This document shows, piece by piece, positions 50,118 to 64,000 of a DNA stretch of 64,000 nt. The DNA lies in contig CM052816.1 in assembly GCA_028534125.1 (NCBI GenBank), positions 53,074,001 to 53,138,000 on the forward strand, written 5' to 3'. The translations under genes were made by a program, and so were the position numbers. Within the stretch, counting starts at the first letter, position 1, and every line of letters begins with the position of its first letter. The notes under the pieces were generated by a model. It was given only the letters and a program-made list of their open reading frames with translations, was not told the origin of the DNA and did no database searches. The stretch comes from Lama glama. Taxonomy: Eukaryota.

Positions 50118-51849
50118 GATCCCAAATGGAAAGATAAGAAGAAAGTTTCAGACTCGAGGCATGAACTGATGAGCTTATATGGGCTCTTCATAAAGCATAC
50201 TATTGTGTTTAAGAGCACAGGGAGTAACAGACAGCCTGAGTGGAGTACCAAGTACCCCCCTTCCCCACCCTCACTCCCCTCTGCTATCTGACAGACTTTG
50301 GGAAAGTCATTTAATGCAGATAATTTACCCGTTGGTGGGTGGAGGGTACTAACTCGGTGGTGACACAAGGGGCTTTGAGGTTTCTGTTGACATTCTGTTT
50401 ATCAGCCTGGGTACTGGTTGCATATATATGTTCATCTTGTGAAAATTAAACAGTTATGAATTATATGCTTTTCTGTGTATGTGTGTATAAATAGTTGTAT
50501 AGTGCTTCAATAAAAGCAGTAATAAAAGGTTTTCATAGCAGAATATTGTTTTAATAAAATGAGAATACACAACAGGTAGAGCATATTATCAGAGCATGAA
50601 GGCAGTGAGTAGTTTTAAAGAAGCCATTATGTGCAAAACCTTAAAAGTTCTGATCAGTCCATAAATGGCAGCTTAAAAGTACTCCATGTCTATTTCATGA
50701 ATGCTGTTACATAAAATAACACCACATTCTTTTTAATGGGGGAAACTGACTTGCTTCCTGACCGCCATTTCCTTACTGTACTCAATTCGTCTCTAAGCTT
50801 TAAAAAAAAAATGATGAGCAAGTAATATTACATTTTCTTTATTCTGTAGAGTTTACTATCAAATATTAAACTAAACTTCCTGAGTTCCTGAATCCCCCCA
50901 AGGATTTCCAAAAGAAATTTTGGAACAATAAGGTTAAAAATCCAGGGATCAACATTTTAAATAATCTGCAACCCAACAGATTGATAAAGGTGGGTTAAAA
51001 CTAGATTTGAAAAACAAGCTTTGATCTAACTTTCATTTTCCACTGGCTATGCATGTTAAAGAATAGATGATTAATGGATTCATTCTGCTACAATTAGGTG
51101 TTCTATCCAAAGCTGGTATTAGATAAAATTGTAAGACACTGATCTTTGAGATTCCCTGAAGTATCAATTTCCTCATTTTCATTCATCTTTGCCCCCCCCA
51201 TAAAACTCTTTGAGAAAGGATTTGACCCTTATTTGTTCTAAAAAGCTAATTAGTTACCCCATCCACAAAAGTACTGGCATTTCACCAGAATCCAAAATCT
51301 TCATGCAATAAGAACAAATCCTAAGTGTGGAATCTCAATAACAAGCTGATAGCACAGGTACTGATGGTGATAGTAGGAGACACTCTTATTCATCTAACTC
51401 TTAAGCTGGCCCCTAGTCTAATCTTCCTTACAAAGCAGTTCTCAGCCCTGAAGACAGTAATGAACAATAAAAGTACAATAATTTTGCTATTAATTTAAGA
51501 TGAATCCTACAGTTTATGGGTAAACTAGTAATAATAATATAATAATAATAATACAGACTAATTTAACTTAACGTGCCACTGAAGAAAGAAATATTTTAAA
51601 CATGCAAATTGAGTAGCATGCTCATGTCAACATTTTTGGTGTTGACTAATCTAAGACATAAATGTCTAAAAAGACTACTATAATAATATATTGCAGGCAT
51701 GATGAGATACCGCAATACTGGGAGTGGGAGATTTTAAAGTGACTTTTTTTTTTAAAGTGAACTAATGATCTCAGCAAATTATAACTAGAGGGGAACTTGC
51801 TCAACAGCAGCTAATATAACTTCATCACAAACTAGAAAATCTAGAAAAG

Positions 51850-53810
51850 ACGAAGTCCCCTCTCACCACTCCTTTCCAACACTACACTGGAAGTCCTACT
51901 TAATGCAACAAGAACAGTAAATAAAAGGTATACTGATTGGGACAAAAGAACTAAACTGCTTTTATTTGCATAAGACATAATTGTCTATATAGAGAAAAAT
52001 CATGGTTGACATATAAAAGTCAACTGCTTTCTAATATACAGCAAGGAACCACTGGAATTAGAAATTAAAAACCTTTTATATTACCACTACAATACTATTA
52101 ACATTCCCACCCCTCAAAAAAGATCAACAGATTAAGAGCGTAAATCTAATAAAATGTGCACACAATCTATATAAGGCATATAAAAGAAAATCAAAGAATC
52201 AAATAAATGAAGAGATATTCCTTGTTCAAGTATACAAAGACTCAGTATCATTAAGGTGTCAATTATTCCCAGCTTGACTTATAGATTCAATGCAGTCTTA
52301 ATCAAAATACTAGTTGTTTATTTTGTAGTTACTGTTAAGCTGATTTCAAAGTTTACTTAAAGAGGTAGAAGACCTAGATCAATGGAACAGAATAGAGAGC
52401 CTACACAAATATAATCAACTGGTCTTTAACAAAGGAGCAAAGGAAATTTAATGACAAAATGGCCATCTTTTCAGCAAATGGTGCTAGAGTAACTGGACAC
52501 CTACATTTAAAGCAGATCAGGTTTAAAAAAAGAAAAACAGTTTAGCCTTACACCCTTCACAAAGATTAACTCAGAATGGATCACAGACCTAAACATAAAA
52601 TGCAAGAGTATAAAGCTCCAAGAATATAACACAAGAGAAAATCTAGATGACCTTGGATTTGGTGATGACTTTTAAAATACACCAAAGGTAGATGAAAGAA
52701 AGAACGGATAAGCTGGACATTAAAATGAAAAACTTTGTTCTGCAGATGAAAAGGTAAGCTACAGACTGGAAGAAAACATTTGTAATAGACATGTCTGAAA
52801 GGGGCTATTATCCAGAACATACAAAGATTTTTCAGAACAGTAAGTAAACCCATAACCCAATTAAAAAGGGAACAAAAGATCTAACAGACACCTAACTAAA
52901 GAAGAGGTACAGATGGTAGATAAGCATTGTGAGAACATGCCCAACAAAATACACCACTAAAGAACTGCAAACTAAAACAACTATGAGATACCAATATACA
53001 CTTACTAGAATGGCTAAAATCCAAAACACTGACAACACTAAATGCTGGTGTGGATGTGGAGCAAAATCAGCTCACTGCTCGTGGGAATGCAAAATGGTGC
53101 AGCCACTTTGGAAGACAGCTGGGCAGTTTTCTACAAGTAAGCATACTCTTCCCATAAGATCCAGCAATCATGTTCTTTGGTATATACCCAAAAGAGCTGA
53201 ATACTTAATGTGTACACAAAAACCTCCACAAGTTATCAGCTTTATTCATAATTGTCAAAACCTAGAAGCAACGAAGATGTCCTTCACTAGGTGAATGGAT
53301 AAATAAACTGTGGCACAACCAGAAAATGGACTATTAATCACTGCTAAAAAGAAATAAGCTACCATGCCATGAATATACACGGAGGAAGTGCATATTACAA
53401 TTTAAATATGCCATTATGAAAAGGCAACATACTGTATGATTCCAATTAAACATTCTGGGAAACAGCAAACAAAATGTCAGTGGTTGCCAGGATTCTGTGG
53501 AGAGAAGGTTGTGAATAGGTGGAGTGCAGGGGATTTTTAGGGCAGTGAAAATATTCTGTATAGTACTATAATGGTGGATTCGTGTCATTATATATTTGGC
53601 AAAACCAAAAGAATGTACAGCACTAAGGATAAACTATGGCCTCTGGGTGATAATGACGTGTCAATGTTGGCTCAGACTGTACTGTAATAAATGTACCACT
53701 CCTGTGCAGGTTTCACTGGTGGGGGGAGCTGTGCATGTGTGGAGGTATATGGTTACTCCTTCTATTTCTACTCATTTTTGCCTTAAAAAACTGCTTTAAA
53801 TAATGAAGTA
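51850..53810 (+). mobile_element. Old L1 (ORF2 remnants to 3' end)
   Basis: ORF 52929..53294 resembles ORF2 C-terminus (KTTMRYQYTLTRMAKI...CWCGCG...WECKMVQPLWK); aatggaacagaatagagagcc and similar motifs. Confidence 0.88.
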
Positions 53811-53816
53811 TATACA

Positions 53817-54112
53817 CAGTTGGCCCTCTGTGTCTGCAGGTTCCAAATCACTGGAATGAAAATACTTGGGGGGAAAGAACACAGAAGGTTCCAAAAAGCA
53901 AAAATTTGTTGAACTAGTTACATAATATAAGGTATCATAAGTAACTGAGAGATGACTTAGAAAATATAGGAGGGTGTGCGCAGGTTATACCCAAGTACTA
54001 TGCCATTTTATACTAGGGGCTGGAGCACTCACAGATTTTGGTATTTGGTGGGGGAGAGTGGGGACAGGGTGTCCTGGAACCAGTTTCTCCCATGGATACT
54101 GAGGGATGGCTG
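53817..54112. mobile_element. Tc1/mariner (Tigger/MER2-like) non-autonomous DNA transposon
   Basis: Imperfect TIRs cagttggccctctgtgtct ... ggatactgagggatggctg followed by TA. Confidence 0.75.
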
Positions 54113-54232
54113 TATAGTGACGTAAGGCTAGTATCTATCTATAACATTTTTCTTATTCTCTATAGATGTCATTCACTTTGAAATATGTAAAAATCGAAGT
54201 TTTACTGTAAGTTTTCAAGAGTACAAACTTAC

Positions 54233-54319
54233 TAGTTGTACTGTGTGGTGGGTCCTATATTCATCTTCACTCCGAAGGCGCTGTTGGAATTTTTCATTGT
54301 GTTTTGCAATACAAATTTC
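54233..54319 (-). CDS. JMY: JMY coding exon (EICIAKHNEKFQQRLRSEDEYRTHHTVQL), not in the supplied ORF track
   Basis: Read manually: acceptor tgtatttatag|GAA, donor CTA|gtaagt; 87 bp = 29 codons, bridging RNKK to KREKL in frame. Confidence 0.92.
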
Positions 54320-56232
54320 CTATAAATACATGAAATGTATTTTAATTTAAGTGAAACGACTTATTTGATAAATTAAATCTTAATCTTGACATATACCTAC
54401 ATAGCAAACTATCAAGTTAAGTCATCTCTGGTTTCTCATCTGGAATACTGAAGCTACATAAATCCAAAATAATTTATTAAACTCTTCTATTAAACTTAAC
54501 ATCTCTGTAATTCCTGACTTCTCCCTTTTTTAGAAGGGCACGGTAGAGTGGAAGAAGGGCATACCTAATTTCAAAAGTCTCTCTCAACTCTGAAGACTGT
54601 GATCAGAAGATTCTAAGTATTACTGTACTCTTTAAACTAGTATGAAGAAAAAAGGATACATAACTCCTGATTTAAAGCCTGTTTCTTAAGCACTCTGTGA
54701 TGAATGTGATCTTGCCTGCACTGGTTTAAACAGTAGCATAAAATCTGAATATTCTGGTCAGAGACTTTGGAGCTAAAGGAGACCTTAAAGACTAGAAAGT
54801 ATGATAACAGTATGTGACAGGTATGCTGATTCTGATCACATGAAAATAGTATTAAATAGGACTCAAGCTTTTGCATCACATAAATCTAGGGTAGAATCCT
54901 ATCTTTGATCCATACTAGCTGCTTTTTCTCAGGAGGTTCATTTAACTGCTGGAAACCTTAGTTCCCCTGGTTATAAAATGAGGATACAAGTCTACAATTC
55001 CTAATTTAGAGCAGAGTTTTAGAATTTTGAATCTTTTTATTTTAGCAAGGTGATACGTTGCATATGCCACCTATTACCCAGTAACTCCAGCAGGATCTGA
55101 AGTAGAGTAAGAAGTATTTTGAGTGAAATATATGAATAGTCAAAGTAAGCAGGACAAAGAAAAGAGTACTTATATATTTGTTCAGGTCTGAGTTTGCCAC
55201 CAAATCAAGTATGAGAATGCTTTTTGGCTACTAGGAGTGTTATAGAAGGTAATATACAAAAACAAGGATGTTATTCTTCTTGAAAATTTAATTTAATAAA
55301 AGTTAACAGAGCACAGACCAAGTCTTCATGGCACAGCAAGAGACCATCTTTGTTCTTTCAAGAAGAAAGGTGGGGCATGATTCACTTATCGTCAGAACTA
55401 CCCCTGGGTATTAAATTCTATTGCAGCTGCCAGATTAACCAGGGAGCCTGTGACCCCAGGCATGTAGGCATGTAGACAATACAGAATGTACAATGTCACA
55501 TAGAGAATCTATTTTTATCTTTTTGTATCACATGGTTGATCTTCTCATTATCTTTCTTTTTAGAAAAGTTTCTAATTTCCTCTCTTTCCAGCCTTCTGTC
55601 ACTCCTCCGTCCCTCTGCAGTTGTCACCTCAGTTGTTGGACCTGGGCGTCTGGGGACATGGAGAGGGGAGGGCAGAAGGCCAAAACCATTCAGAGACCCC
55701 TGACTGTGTGATATGATGAGCTGCAGCAGACCAGAGGCTTCCAGTGTAAATAGGCAGAATCTCTGGCAGTAAGTTCCCCTACTTCAAGATTTAGACTAAT
55801 GTAAGAATGAAGAGTGAAAAACATGGATTAAATTGGTACGTGTTTTTACATAAAAATTAAAATGTCCCTGAAGACTGAGGTCAGAACTAGTCTACTTAAT
55901 TGTAGAGCATCCCTGGCCTCCTAAAGTAAGGAGCCAGGAATTGCATTACATGGAGTCCTGCTGTCATGCCCAAGCAGAGTCAGCTTTGGGGTGACTGGGG
56001 CAAACAGCACATCACTGCTGGCTATTCTAATGTGCTTAAGAGGGTAATTCTTAGATAACTACGTAATGTCAATATAATGGGCCAAGTATTGAGAAGAGGT
56101 AATTCTTACTTAGTTTTAAAAGATAAGTATTAGTGACAAACTGGGTTAGAATTATTAGATATGGGTCAAGGATTAAGTAATAAATAAAAGCAAGACGTAG
56201 CATTACAGTTATAAATTCAATAAATACATAAC

Positions 56233-56420
56233 CTTTTTATTTCTGAGGTATGCTTTCTTGGCTGAAACCCGTCCACGTCTTGCCTCCAGCTGGCGTGCTT
56301 TCTGCTGAAGTTTCTGTAGCTCTTCTCTCTGTAAGTGCACAGATGATGCCATCTCCTCCTTCTCCAGCATGGCCTCCATGCTTTCATAAGTGTCGTAGTA
56401 TACCACTTCATCTCTCTTTT
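56233..56420 (-). CDS. JMY: JMY coding exon (E/KRDEVVYYDTYES...AYLRNKK)
   Basis: Acceptor tttgtaacag|AA, donor AAG|gttatg; 188 bp, phase 1 to 0. Confidence 0.93.
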
Positions 56421-56439
56421 CTGTTACAAAACAGCAACA

Positions 56440-56645
56440 AGGGATAGTAGTAGGTAAAAGCATGGGCTTTAGAGCCAGAGAGATGAGGGTTCTGATCCAC
56501 TCACTGATTCTGTAACCTCAGGCAAAGCCATTACATCTTGAGTTTCTTTGTAAAATAGTGATTATTGGGAAATACACCTCATAGGAGGAATGTGTGTGCA
56601 AAGGGCTTAGCAATGGCCAGCACACAGTTAAGTGCTCAGTGTAAG
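56440..56645 (+). mobile_element. MIR just upstream of a JMY splice acceptor
   Basis: aaaagcatgggctttagagccaga...ctgtaacctcaggcaa...gggcttagcaatggccagcacacagttaagtgctc. Confidence 0.7.
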
Positions 56646-56940
56646 ATGCCGTGACCCTTGCTCCCCAAATTCGAAATTTGAGTATACAAATTTTGGCTGA
56701 AGCAACAAAGTAAGTTACTTACCAAATAAGTATTTTACAAAGGTAATAACATATTTGCACTCTACTTCTACTAAACCATTTGTCTGACTTTACATTAAGA
56801 CGTTTTTTTAGTTTCAGCAGAAAAAATATAGCTGGAGTCCATGCACACTTTCCCTAGGTGTGCAAACAAACACATGGCGAAATTCCATCATTCATTCAAA
56901 TACATTTTTGTGGATTTTAGTGGTTAGATGTACATCATAC

Positions 56941-57106
56941 CCGATATAAGTCTTTTGATGCTTTCCAGTTGTGCTGTCAATAGTAACTCTTCACACTTTA
57001 AGATTTCAAACTGCACTTCATACAACTGAAGTTGTAGATCATAATAATCGGCTTCTAACTGATCCAATCTAGCTATGGCTTCTGTACCACCCTGCAAACT
57101 CTGCAT
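56941..57106 (-). CDS. JMY: JMY coding exon (MQSLQGGTEAIARLDQ...IKRLIS/E)
   Basis: Acceptor tttcaatgcag|ATG, donor TCGG|gtatg; 166 bp, phase 0 to 1. Confidence 0.93.
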
Positions 57107-58439
57107 CTGCATTGAAAATAAAAATAAGAACATATCTAGTTGGAGAGATACCAACACCACCAGGCAACCTGGGATCAGACGATTTAAGAACCTACTAAAT
57201 TTGTGTACAAAGCTGTATGTGTATATTTTTCTCTGAGTACAGCGTTCCTAGCTGTAGGGGTGAGAATGACTATAATCAAGACTCAGTTAAAAAGGAGATA
57301 GATGAAAAGGAACAGTACTTACTCCTAAGTCAAATAAAATTTTACTTGCCTGGGTGGTATTTAATATTTCAGCATTAGTTTAAAAATTGTTTGAAGTTTA
57401 GCATTATACCCATGGTCACTGTCACATCACGAAGAAGTTTTTTGTTTTTAAAATAACCTAAGGAGATGCAACATATCAACATTTTTTAAAAGAACGTAAG
57501 TCTTCTCATAATTTAAACCACAGGCTAGTGCTGTATTATAAAGTACTCACTGGCAAAGTATTTGTTTGGGATGGGCTTAATAAATCACATTTGGTCTGTT
57601 TCTTATGAGTCATGTGGTCACCTTAAATTAATGCTAATAAACTAGGGCAGTCATCAACAGAGATTTATATATATATCACAATATGTATATTATATCACTC
57701 AACAAGCATAAACCTGGCAAAAATGACTAACCTATAATCTTACTAAATCCTTTGAAGAATTCAAACACAATTCAGAACACTAAAAAACAGACTATTAAGG
57801 TACTGGGATGACCCCAGGAAAAATGACCCCATACTCTCTGGCCCATTTCAGCCTCACCCTTCCTCTTCCAGCAGAGATCAATTCCAGCACGGATGATGTT
57901 CTTGCAACAGCAAACAGTCAAAAATCTTACCCCTCAGCAGCTCTTTTAGATGCCCTATGCTGTCAGTACAATTCATCCTGGTTACAATAAAGCCAGCCAA
58001 TGTGACATTCTACCTCAGAAGAAATAAAATGCTGGCATTTTAAGTTTTAAAGTTCTAGAACTTAAGAAAATTCCAGACAGCTAGTCACACAAAGGAGAAA
58101 GCTAGGAACATAAAGGAGATGGAACTGAAATCTGTGAAGAGAGTCTAAATGAAGTGTGGAAAATTCCAGAACAAGTTCCAGTTTTACCTTTAACAACAGC
58201 AGCAAATAAGAAAATGTAAGGGAAAAAGAAGTTCATAATTTAAAATTCATTAACAGAAAGATCTTTCTAGATCATAGCCATGATATATTATAAGTTACCT
58301 CATATACTAGTTAAACATGCATACATACATTCATAGAGCAAAGTATTATACATAAAGCTGTATTAATAAAAGCAATGATGATGTTTTATTCTTCTCTAGA
58401 GACTAAAATGTACAACTTTCACAAATACACATTCAATGT

Positions 58440-59210
58440 TATTAAACGCCAATATGGTCAATCCAAAAAACAGGAGCAAATATTTGCATATCGTATATCT
58501 GACAAAAGACATACCTGGAATATGCAACTCTTTCAACTCAGTAATTTTAAAAATTCAATTTCAAAACAGGTAAAAGATATGAATAGACATTTCTCTAAAG
58601 ACATATAAGGGGCCAATAAGCACACAAAAAGATAACATCAATGTCATCAGAGAAATGCAAATCAAATTCACAATGAGATACCACTTCACACCCACCAGAT
58701 TGGTTATAATAATTTAAAAAAAAACAGTATTAGTGATAATATAAGAAAGATGTGAAGAAATACTATTGAGTGCACACTGCTAGTGGGAATGTAAATGGTA
58801 CAGCTGCTTGGGAAAACATTCTGGCAGTTACTCAACAGTTTAAATAGCATTTCACTCCTAGGTTTACACCAATATAAATGAAAACCTTAAATAGAAATAT
58901 TCATAGAAGCTTTATTCATAAAGCTCCCAAAGTAGAAAGAACCCAACTGTTCATCAACTGATAGATGCATAAAATGTGTTATAACTATACAGTGGTGTAT
59001 CATTTGGCAAAAAAAGTAAATTAAGAATGAGACATGTGACAGCATGGTTGAACCTTGAAAACATTATGCTACAGGAAAGAAAAGCAGTCAAAAAAGTCAC
59101 ATCTTCTGATTCCATTTATATGAAATGTCCAGAATAACTAATCTATAGAAATAAAAAACGGATTGGTGGGTGCCTAGGTGTGGGGAGATAGGAAATGAAT
59201 GCTCCTTTTT
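58440..59210 (+). mobile_element. Old L1 ORF2 end/3'UTR
   Basis: gaatagacatttctctaaagac...gaaatgcaaatcaaattcacaatgagataccacttcacaccc...gaaaacattatgct. Confidence 0.82.
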
Positions 59211-59463
59211 TACAGTACATTGTTGCTGACTACAGTCACACAGGGATGCTGTGAAAAAGGTCACACATGTCTAACTCTTCTATCACAGGCCCTGTTGTGA
59301 AAGTTACCATCTCGTGGAGATAGTGTGCAAAGTTAACCCTGGCCTGAAGAGCCAGAAAAATATCAATCTTGTATCCATCCCCTCCCTCCCCACCCAAAAT
59401 AGTCAAATAGCACATCTTAATTTAAAAAAAAATTTAAATATACTTTCTCATGGTTTTTGTTAC

Positions 59464-59633
59464 CTCTTCTTTTAGTGCATGTTTCCTCTGTTCCAAACAT
59501 ATCTCTTTAGCCCTCATCATCTGCAGAGTCTCCTTAGAAACCGCATACTGGAGTTTTTCCATGCGTTCAGCAGCTGCTGCCCATGACGCTTTACCAAATT
59601 TCTTCTGATCTGCTCGCATTCGGTCATACACAG
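59464..59633 (-). CDS. JMY: JMY coding exon (A/VYDRMRADQKK...HALKEE)
   Basis: Acceptor tcaatag|CT, donor GAG|gtaac; 170 bp, phase 1 to 0, consistent with neighbours. Confidence 0.93.
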
Positions 59634-61024
59634 CTATTGATAATTTTTAAAGAGACACTGAAGCATTAAGACATGAAACAACTTGAAAATAAAGAATCAG
59701 AACGTCCTAGATTCCAATGATCACACACTCAAAGATAAACACGCAAATCCTACCACCATGATAAATTACCTATAACAGTTATAAAAATTCAACAGTATCT
59801 TAGATTCTCTCTAATGCCTTAAATAAGAATTTTAAGTAATCATCCTCAGAAATAACTTTTGGGGGGGTTAATTTTAAAACTTAAAAAAAATACTCTTCAC
59901 ATTGTTGAGTGATATTAAGGTTTCTATAAAACTTTATTTTATGAAAGTTTATATTTTTCCCTAGGTATGTAAGTTGAAATCAGAACCATAACTATTCAAG
60001 GTTTTAAAAAAACTATTTAAATCTATGTACTTCTGAGTTCGTCAAGAAGTCTGTAATGATGTGATGTAGGACAAAATAAATCCTAGACATTATTAGCACA
60101 GAGCTTACACTGCAAAGGTTAGCGTTAAAGGACAAGCAAGTCCCAGAGAAGACACCCAACTTCTCCTTGCCACCACGGTGCGGGAGGAGGGAAGACACTT
60201 TTTAGTATGCCATAATAGAAGCTTTGTTCAAGAAACATTTTGACAATCAAACGGCTAATATCTTACAGTTAAAGAAGCTTATCACTGATAGTAGTATGGT
60301 ACTGGCTCATCTTGTGTCCTTAAACAATTAACCCAACTATCCATATGCCCAACCACTTTAAAAGGTCAGGGACACACTTTAACTACCATAAAGAGGCAGG
60401 AAATCTGATTACGTAGTACTTGATGTAGTCTTTAAGTCAATATACATTCTCTAGTAGTTTCTTGTATATGTTCAGAGGTTAAGTGATTGGTATTTTGGTA
60501 CTGCTACTACAGCATTACCCTCTTTTCAAGGAAGTATCTCAGTAACCTTTGCCTCAGAATTTTATGAAATCTTAATTTTTTTTTACAAGAATACAAGCAC
60601 ATACTTAAAAATTAAACTGTACAGAAAGGCTTACAGTGGAAAAGAACAGTTTTTCATGCTCAATTCTACCCCACCCTTAGTCTCAATGCCTTAATATAAC
60701 CAACTTGCAACTCCCTCCATTCATGAACATTATTTATTGGTTTAGTCTTTTAGTTCCTATTATGACAAATGAGCAATCTGCTTACTCAGAATCTCCTCTC
60801 AATACAGTTCTTTTGGTTTCTCTGTTTTTCTATGGCCTTTAAACACTAACATATTTGAGCATCAATCTAATCCTTAATTTTAGGGTTTTTAACAAATGAT
60901 ATCTACTTATGTTGTTTGAATATCAAATGATTCTGCCATTTTAAATCTCTGCCTATCTTTAAAAAATATTTATGCAACCATAACATCAATACAGTTGTGC
61001 ACGGGGGGGGAAAAAACAACAGCA

Positions 61025-61190
61025 AGGGGTTTGGAGTTAGACAGCTTTGACTTAAATTCCCACTTCTACCCATCAGCATGTAACTTAGGGCAGAAACTTA
61101 ACTGTCCGTGGGCTCAATTCCCCGAGTGATGAAATTAGGGAAATACAGTACCTACTCGGACTTTTGTGGGAATTAAATGAGAGAAATTCA
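61025..61190 (+). mobile_element. MIR remnant
   Basis: tttggagttagacag...gtaacttagggcagaaacttaac...gtgggaattaaatgaga. Confidence 0.6.
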
Positions 61191-62459
61191 AATGTTCCTC
61201 TCACTTCAATGGCAATATTAAACAAAGAGATGGTCTGTTTTGTTTCTTCTCTCTCATGCACACATCACCACAATCACTCATATTTATATGATGTTAAAGC
61301 ACTTTTTCCATGTGTTATCTCTATCTGTCCAACAATCCTAAAGAATAAGCATGGTATTCACTATCAACACCTTCAACATAGATATGTGAAACTGGGAGGA
61401 GTTTTGGTGAAAAAAACCAAGGTTACTCGTCTATAAAAGCAGAGTTAAACTAGTATTTCAACTTGCTTAAAGACCTAATCTGCTACTTCTGCCATTTTCA
61501 CTTGTAATCACAGCATACATCAAATATTCTGCACAAATAGTCAAGAGCATTTCCTCTTGTTTCCCACTTAAGGACTGTCTGTAGCACGGCTCTCTGTCCC
61601 AAGTTGTTGCCTACCACAACACTCAGTCAATACTTTGCCCTCCAACAACTGGATAGAATGTATTCTTCCATCTAACTGCCACTCACTTCACCTGGAATTA
61701 TTTTCCAACAGTTTAGGAATATGAAGGTAATGGGAACATTGTTTGTGAATACAGAATGCTTGGAATACCCCTAGAACAGTATTGCAATATTTCTAAAACA
61801 GATTCTTCTCTCCCTCTGCTGGCAAGAATAAATATTTTTGCTAAGATGACTGTCAACATTATCAGGATAACAACCATGTAATAATACCCTATGGTGATAT
61901 GGTGATCATTATATGTATAAAAACATATAAGGCAAAACAGTCCTGGTGTTTAAAGGAATCATGTTCTAATATATGTATACTTGTCAGAAATGACTCATTT
62001 AAGATGTTTTTAAAAGTTAAGCAGTAAAATTAGGCTACACCTGGCTTCATGTAAGGAAGGAAGTAAAAGAGGGGCCTGTTTTACTCGCCTTCTGAAAACT
62101 ATATATATAATATAAGGAACTCTTATAGATCAATGGGGGAAAAATCACTCATCATCAGAAAAATAGGCAGAAGATAGTAACTGGGGAAAAAAGGAAGGAT
62201 ATACAAATATCAATTATTACATAAAAACAAAAAAGATAAACACTCAGTAATAACCAAAGGAATGCAAATTTTAAAAACATAGCACTGTGTATATTTTTCT
62301 AAATGACAATGCCAAATGATACTGAGGAATCAAGGAAGGTATTCTTACTCAGCACCGGCATTCTGAAGGAATAAACTGTTTTCAGTGACACTTAAGGAAA
62401 AGTAGATTTGCTGAAAGAATATTCAGAATAACTATTTTAATGCCAGGTAAATTTTAAGT

Positions 62460-62675
62460 ATGTGTTTTCGTGAGTTCTGTGAGTCACTAGTGAATTTTCG
62501 AACCTAAAAGGACTGCAGGAATCCCCATATCTGCAGCCAGCTGGTTAGAAATACAAATGGCCTGAGGACACCCCAAATCTGCAAATAGTGTCTGAAGGAA
62601 AAGCAGTCATGTTGGGGACTGTGCTTTTAAGCTGTAAGGTCTGTAACTGTGAATGAGTACCGTCAGTATTGAATT
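62460..62675. mobile_element. LTR fragment (MER21-like)
   Basis: tgagttctgtgagtc...gtgaattttcgaacct...gcagccagctggttagaa...gtcagtattgaatt. Confidence 0.5.
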
Positions 62676-62870
62676 ATGCTACATATTACCATTATTTTTT
62701 TAAAGGTGAGGTACATGTTAACATATATGCCTAGAAAAGACTGAAAGGATATACCTCAACTTGTTAGCAGTGGTCTTTATATACTTTTCCATACAACTAC
62801 TGCAAACAAAATACTTAAACTGCTCATTTTCGAAAATACCTAACGAGGATAATTTTACTGGGAAACTCAC

Positions 62871-63021
62871 CCTTTTGAGCTTTAGCTGTTATTTCAAAAT
62901 ATTTGACAGTAAGATCCTGAATGGACAGTACAGCCATATGAGCTTTCCGCTGCCAATCAGCATCTTCTTTTCGTAGACTTTCAATTCTTCGGGGACCCAG
63001 GTAATCATTCTCCATAGAAAT
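62871..63021 (-). CDS. JMY: JMY coding exon (ISMENDYLGPRR...TAKAQK/A)
   Basis: Acceptor tctctctaaag|ATT, donor AAGG|gtgagt; 151 bp, ends in phase 1; peptide recognised as JMY coiled-coil region. Confidence 0.93.
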
Positions 63022-63529
63022 CTTTAGAGAGAAAAAAAAATTTAAAAGATCGTTTCTTTCTTTTATTCATTCTTTAAACATTTACTGAATGTTTATGTAT
63101 CAGGCATTGTGCTTGGTACTAAAACAAAGAATACTTGTTTTCTCCCTACTCTGGAGAAGCTATTAATTTACAAAACAATTAAACTGACAAAAATGTTGAA
63201 GATATTTGACATAGAAATTTGTTCCCCCTTCCTCTTCCTCTGTCTTCTTCATCTTTCCCTCTTCCATTTATAAACAAAAGACATACAACAAAATATCACA
63301 TAATAAAATTAAGACATTAATTTTGGGTGCTGAGATGAGAAATTTATTTTCTCCTTTATGATAATTAGATTTTCAGGTTAAGAATTATTTGTGTCAATAA
63401 AACATTTTTAATCACTGACATAAATAAGATAAAAATTAACAATATATAGAAATCAGTCTATCTGCCAACTGAAGGACTCTGGATAAAAGTAACAGAAAAA
63501 CTGGCTATGTATCATAAGAGTCACAAAGA

Positions 63530-63768
63530 ATGTTAATTCTAGTATGCAGCACAGTGATTCATTTATACATTTATTTGTATTCTTTTTCATATTCTTTTTC
63601 ATTGTAGGCCATTACAAGATATTGAATATAGTTCCCTGTGCTATACAGTAAGACCTTGTTGTTTATCTGTTTTATATATAGTACTTAGTATCTACAAATC
63701 CCAAACTCCCAATTTATCCTTCCCCACCCCTTTTCCCCTGGTAATCATAAGTTTGTTTTGTGTATCTT
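63530..63768 (-). mobile_element. Younger L1 3' end fragment
   Basis: attacaagatattgaatatagttccctgtgctatacagta...cccaatttatccttcccc...ggtaatcataagtttgtt; similar to 24965-25020. Confidence 0.8.
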
Positions 63769-64000
63769 ACAAAGGTATGTTAAAATGGAAGGTATAATCC
63801 AGGAAAAGCAGCAACAGACCCTTTGTAGACCCCCTCTTGCTTTACTACATACTGAGAAAAAGACTTAAAAATTAAACAAGAAGTTAATAACATCACATTA
63901 GGATGATGGGGAAAAACCATTATGGAGAAAAATGTTAATCCACTCCTCATACACTTTTAAAACTGACCAAGCTACAGTAATCAAAACCGTGTAATATTGG

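Noticed and set aside
1..64000. CRISPR arrays, operons or other prokaryote-type systems
   Set aside because: The sequence is intron/exon mammalian DNA; no regularly spaced repeats or dense ORFs were seen.

Overview
Mammalian genomic DNA, probably camelid judging from the tRNA-derived SINEs. It holds the convergent (tail-to-tail) HOMER1/JMY junction. On the + strand are the last intron, last coding exon (9282-9470) and 3'UTR of HOMER1. On the - strand are eight coding exons of JMY (63021 down to stop at 45178), with splice phases consistent throughout, plus a 3'UTR intron and a long non-coding terminal exon (about 40681-36070) that contains a 100-N gap. The intergenic region is mostly old L1/L2/MIR/LTR debris. 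The most notable element is an intronless TMEM88 retrocopy (34033-34923, - strand) about 1.1 kb downstream of the JMY poly(A) site on the same strand. It has 15-bp target-site duplications (TSDs), a G10 run where a poly(A) tail is expected, retained CpGs, and a frameshift that leaves a 193-aa ORF keeping the hydrophobic N-terminal half but losing the VWV PDZ ligand. Two structurally odd L1 insertions are also present. I see no convincing new multi-gene system; repeat family names and orthologue comparisons are from memory and need RepeatMasker/BLAST.
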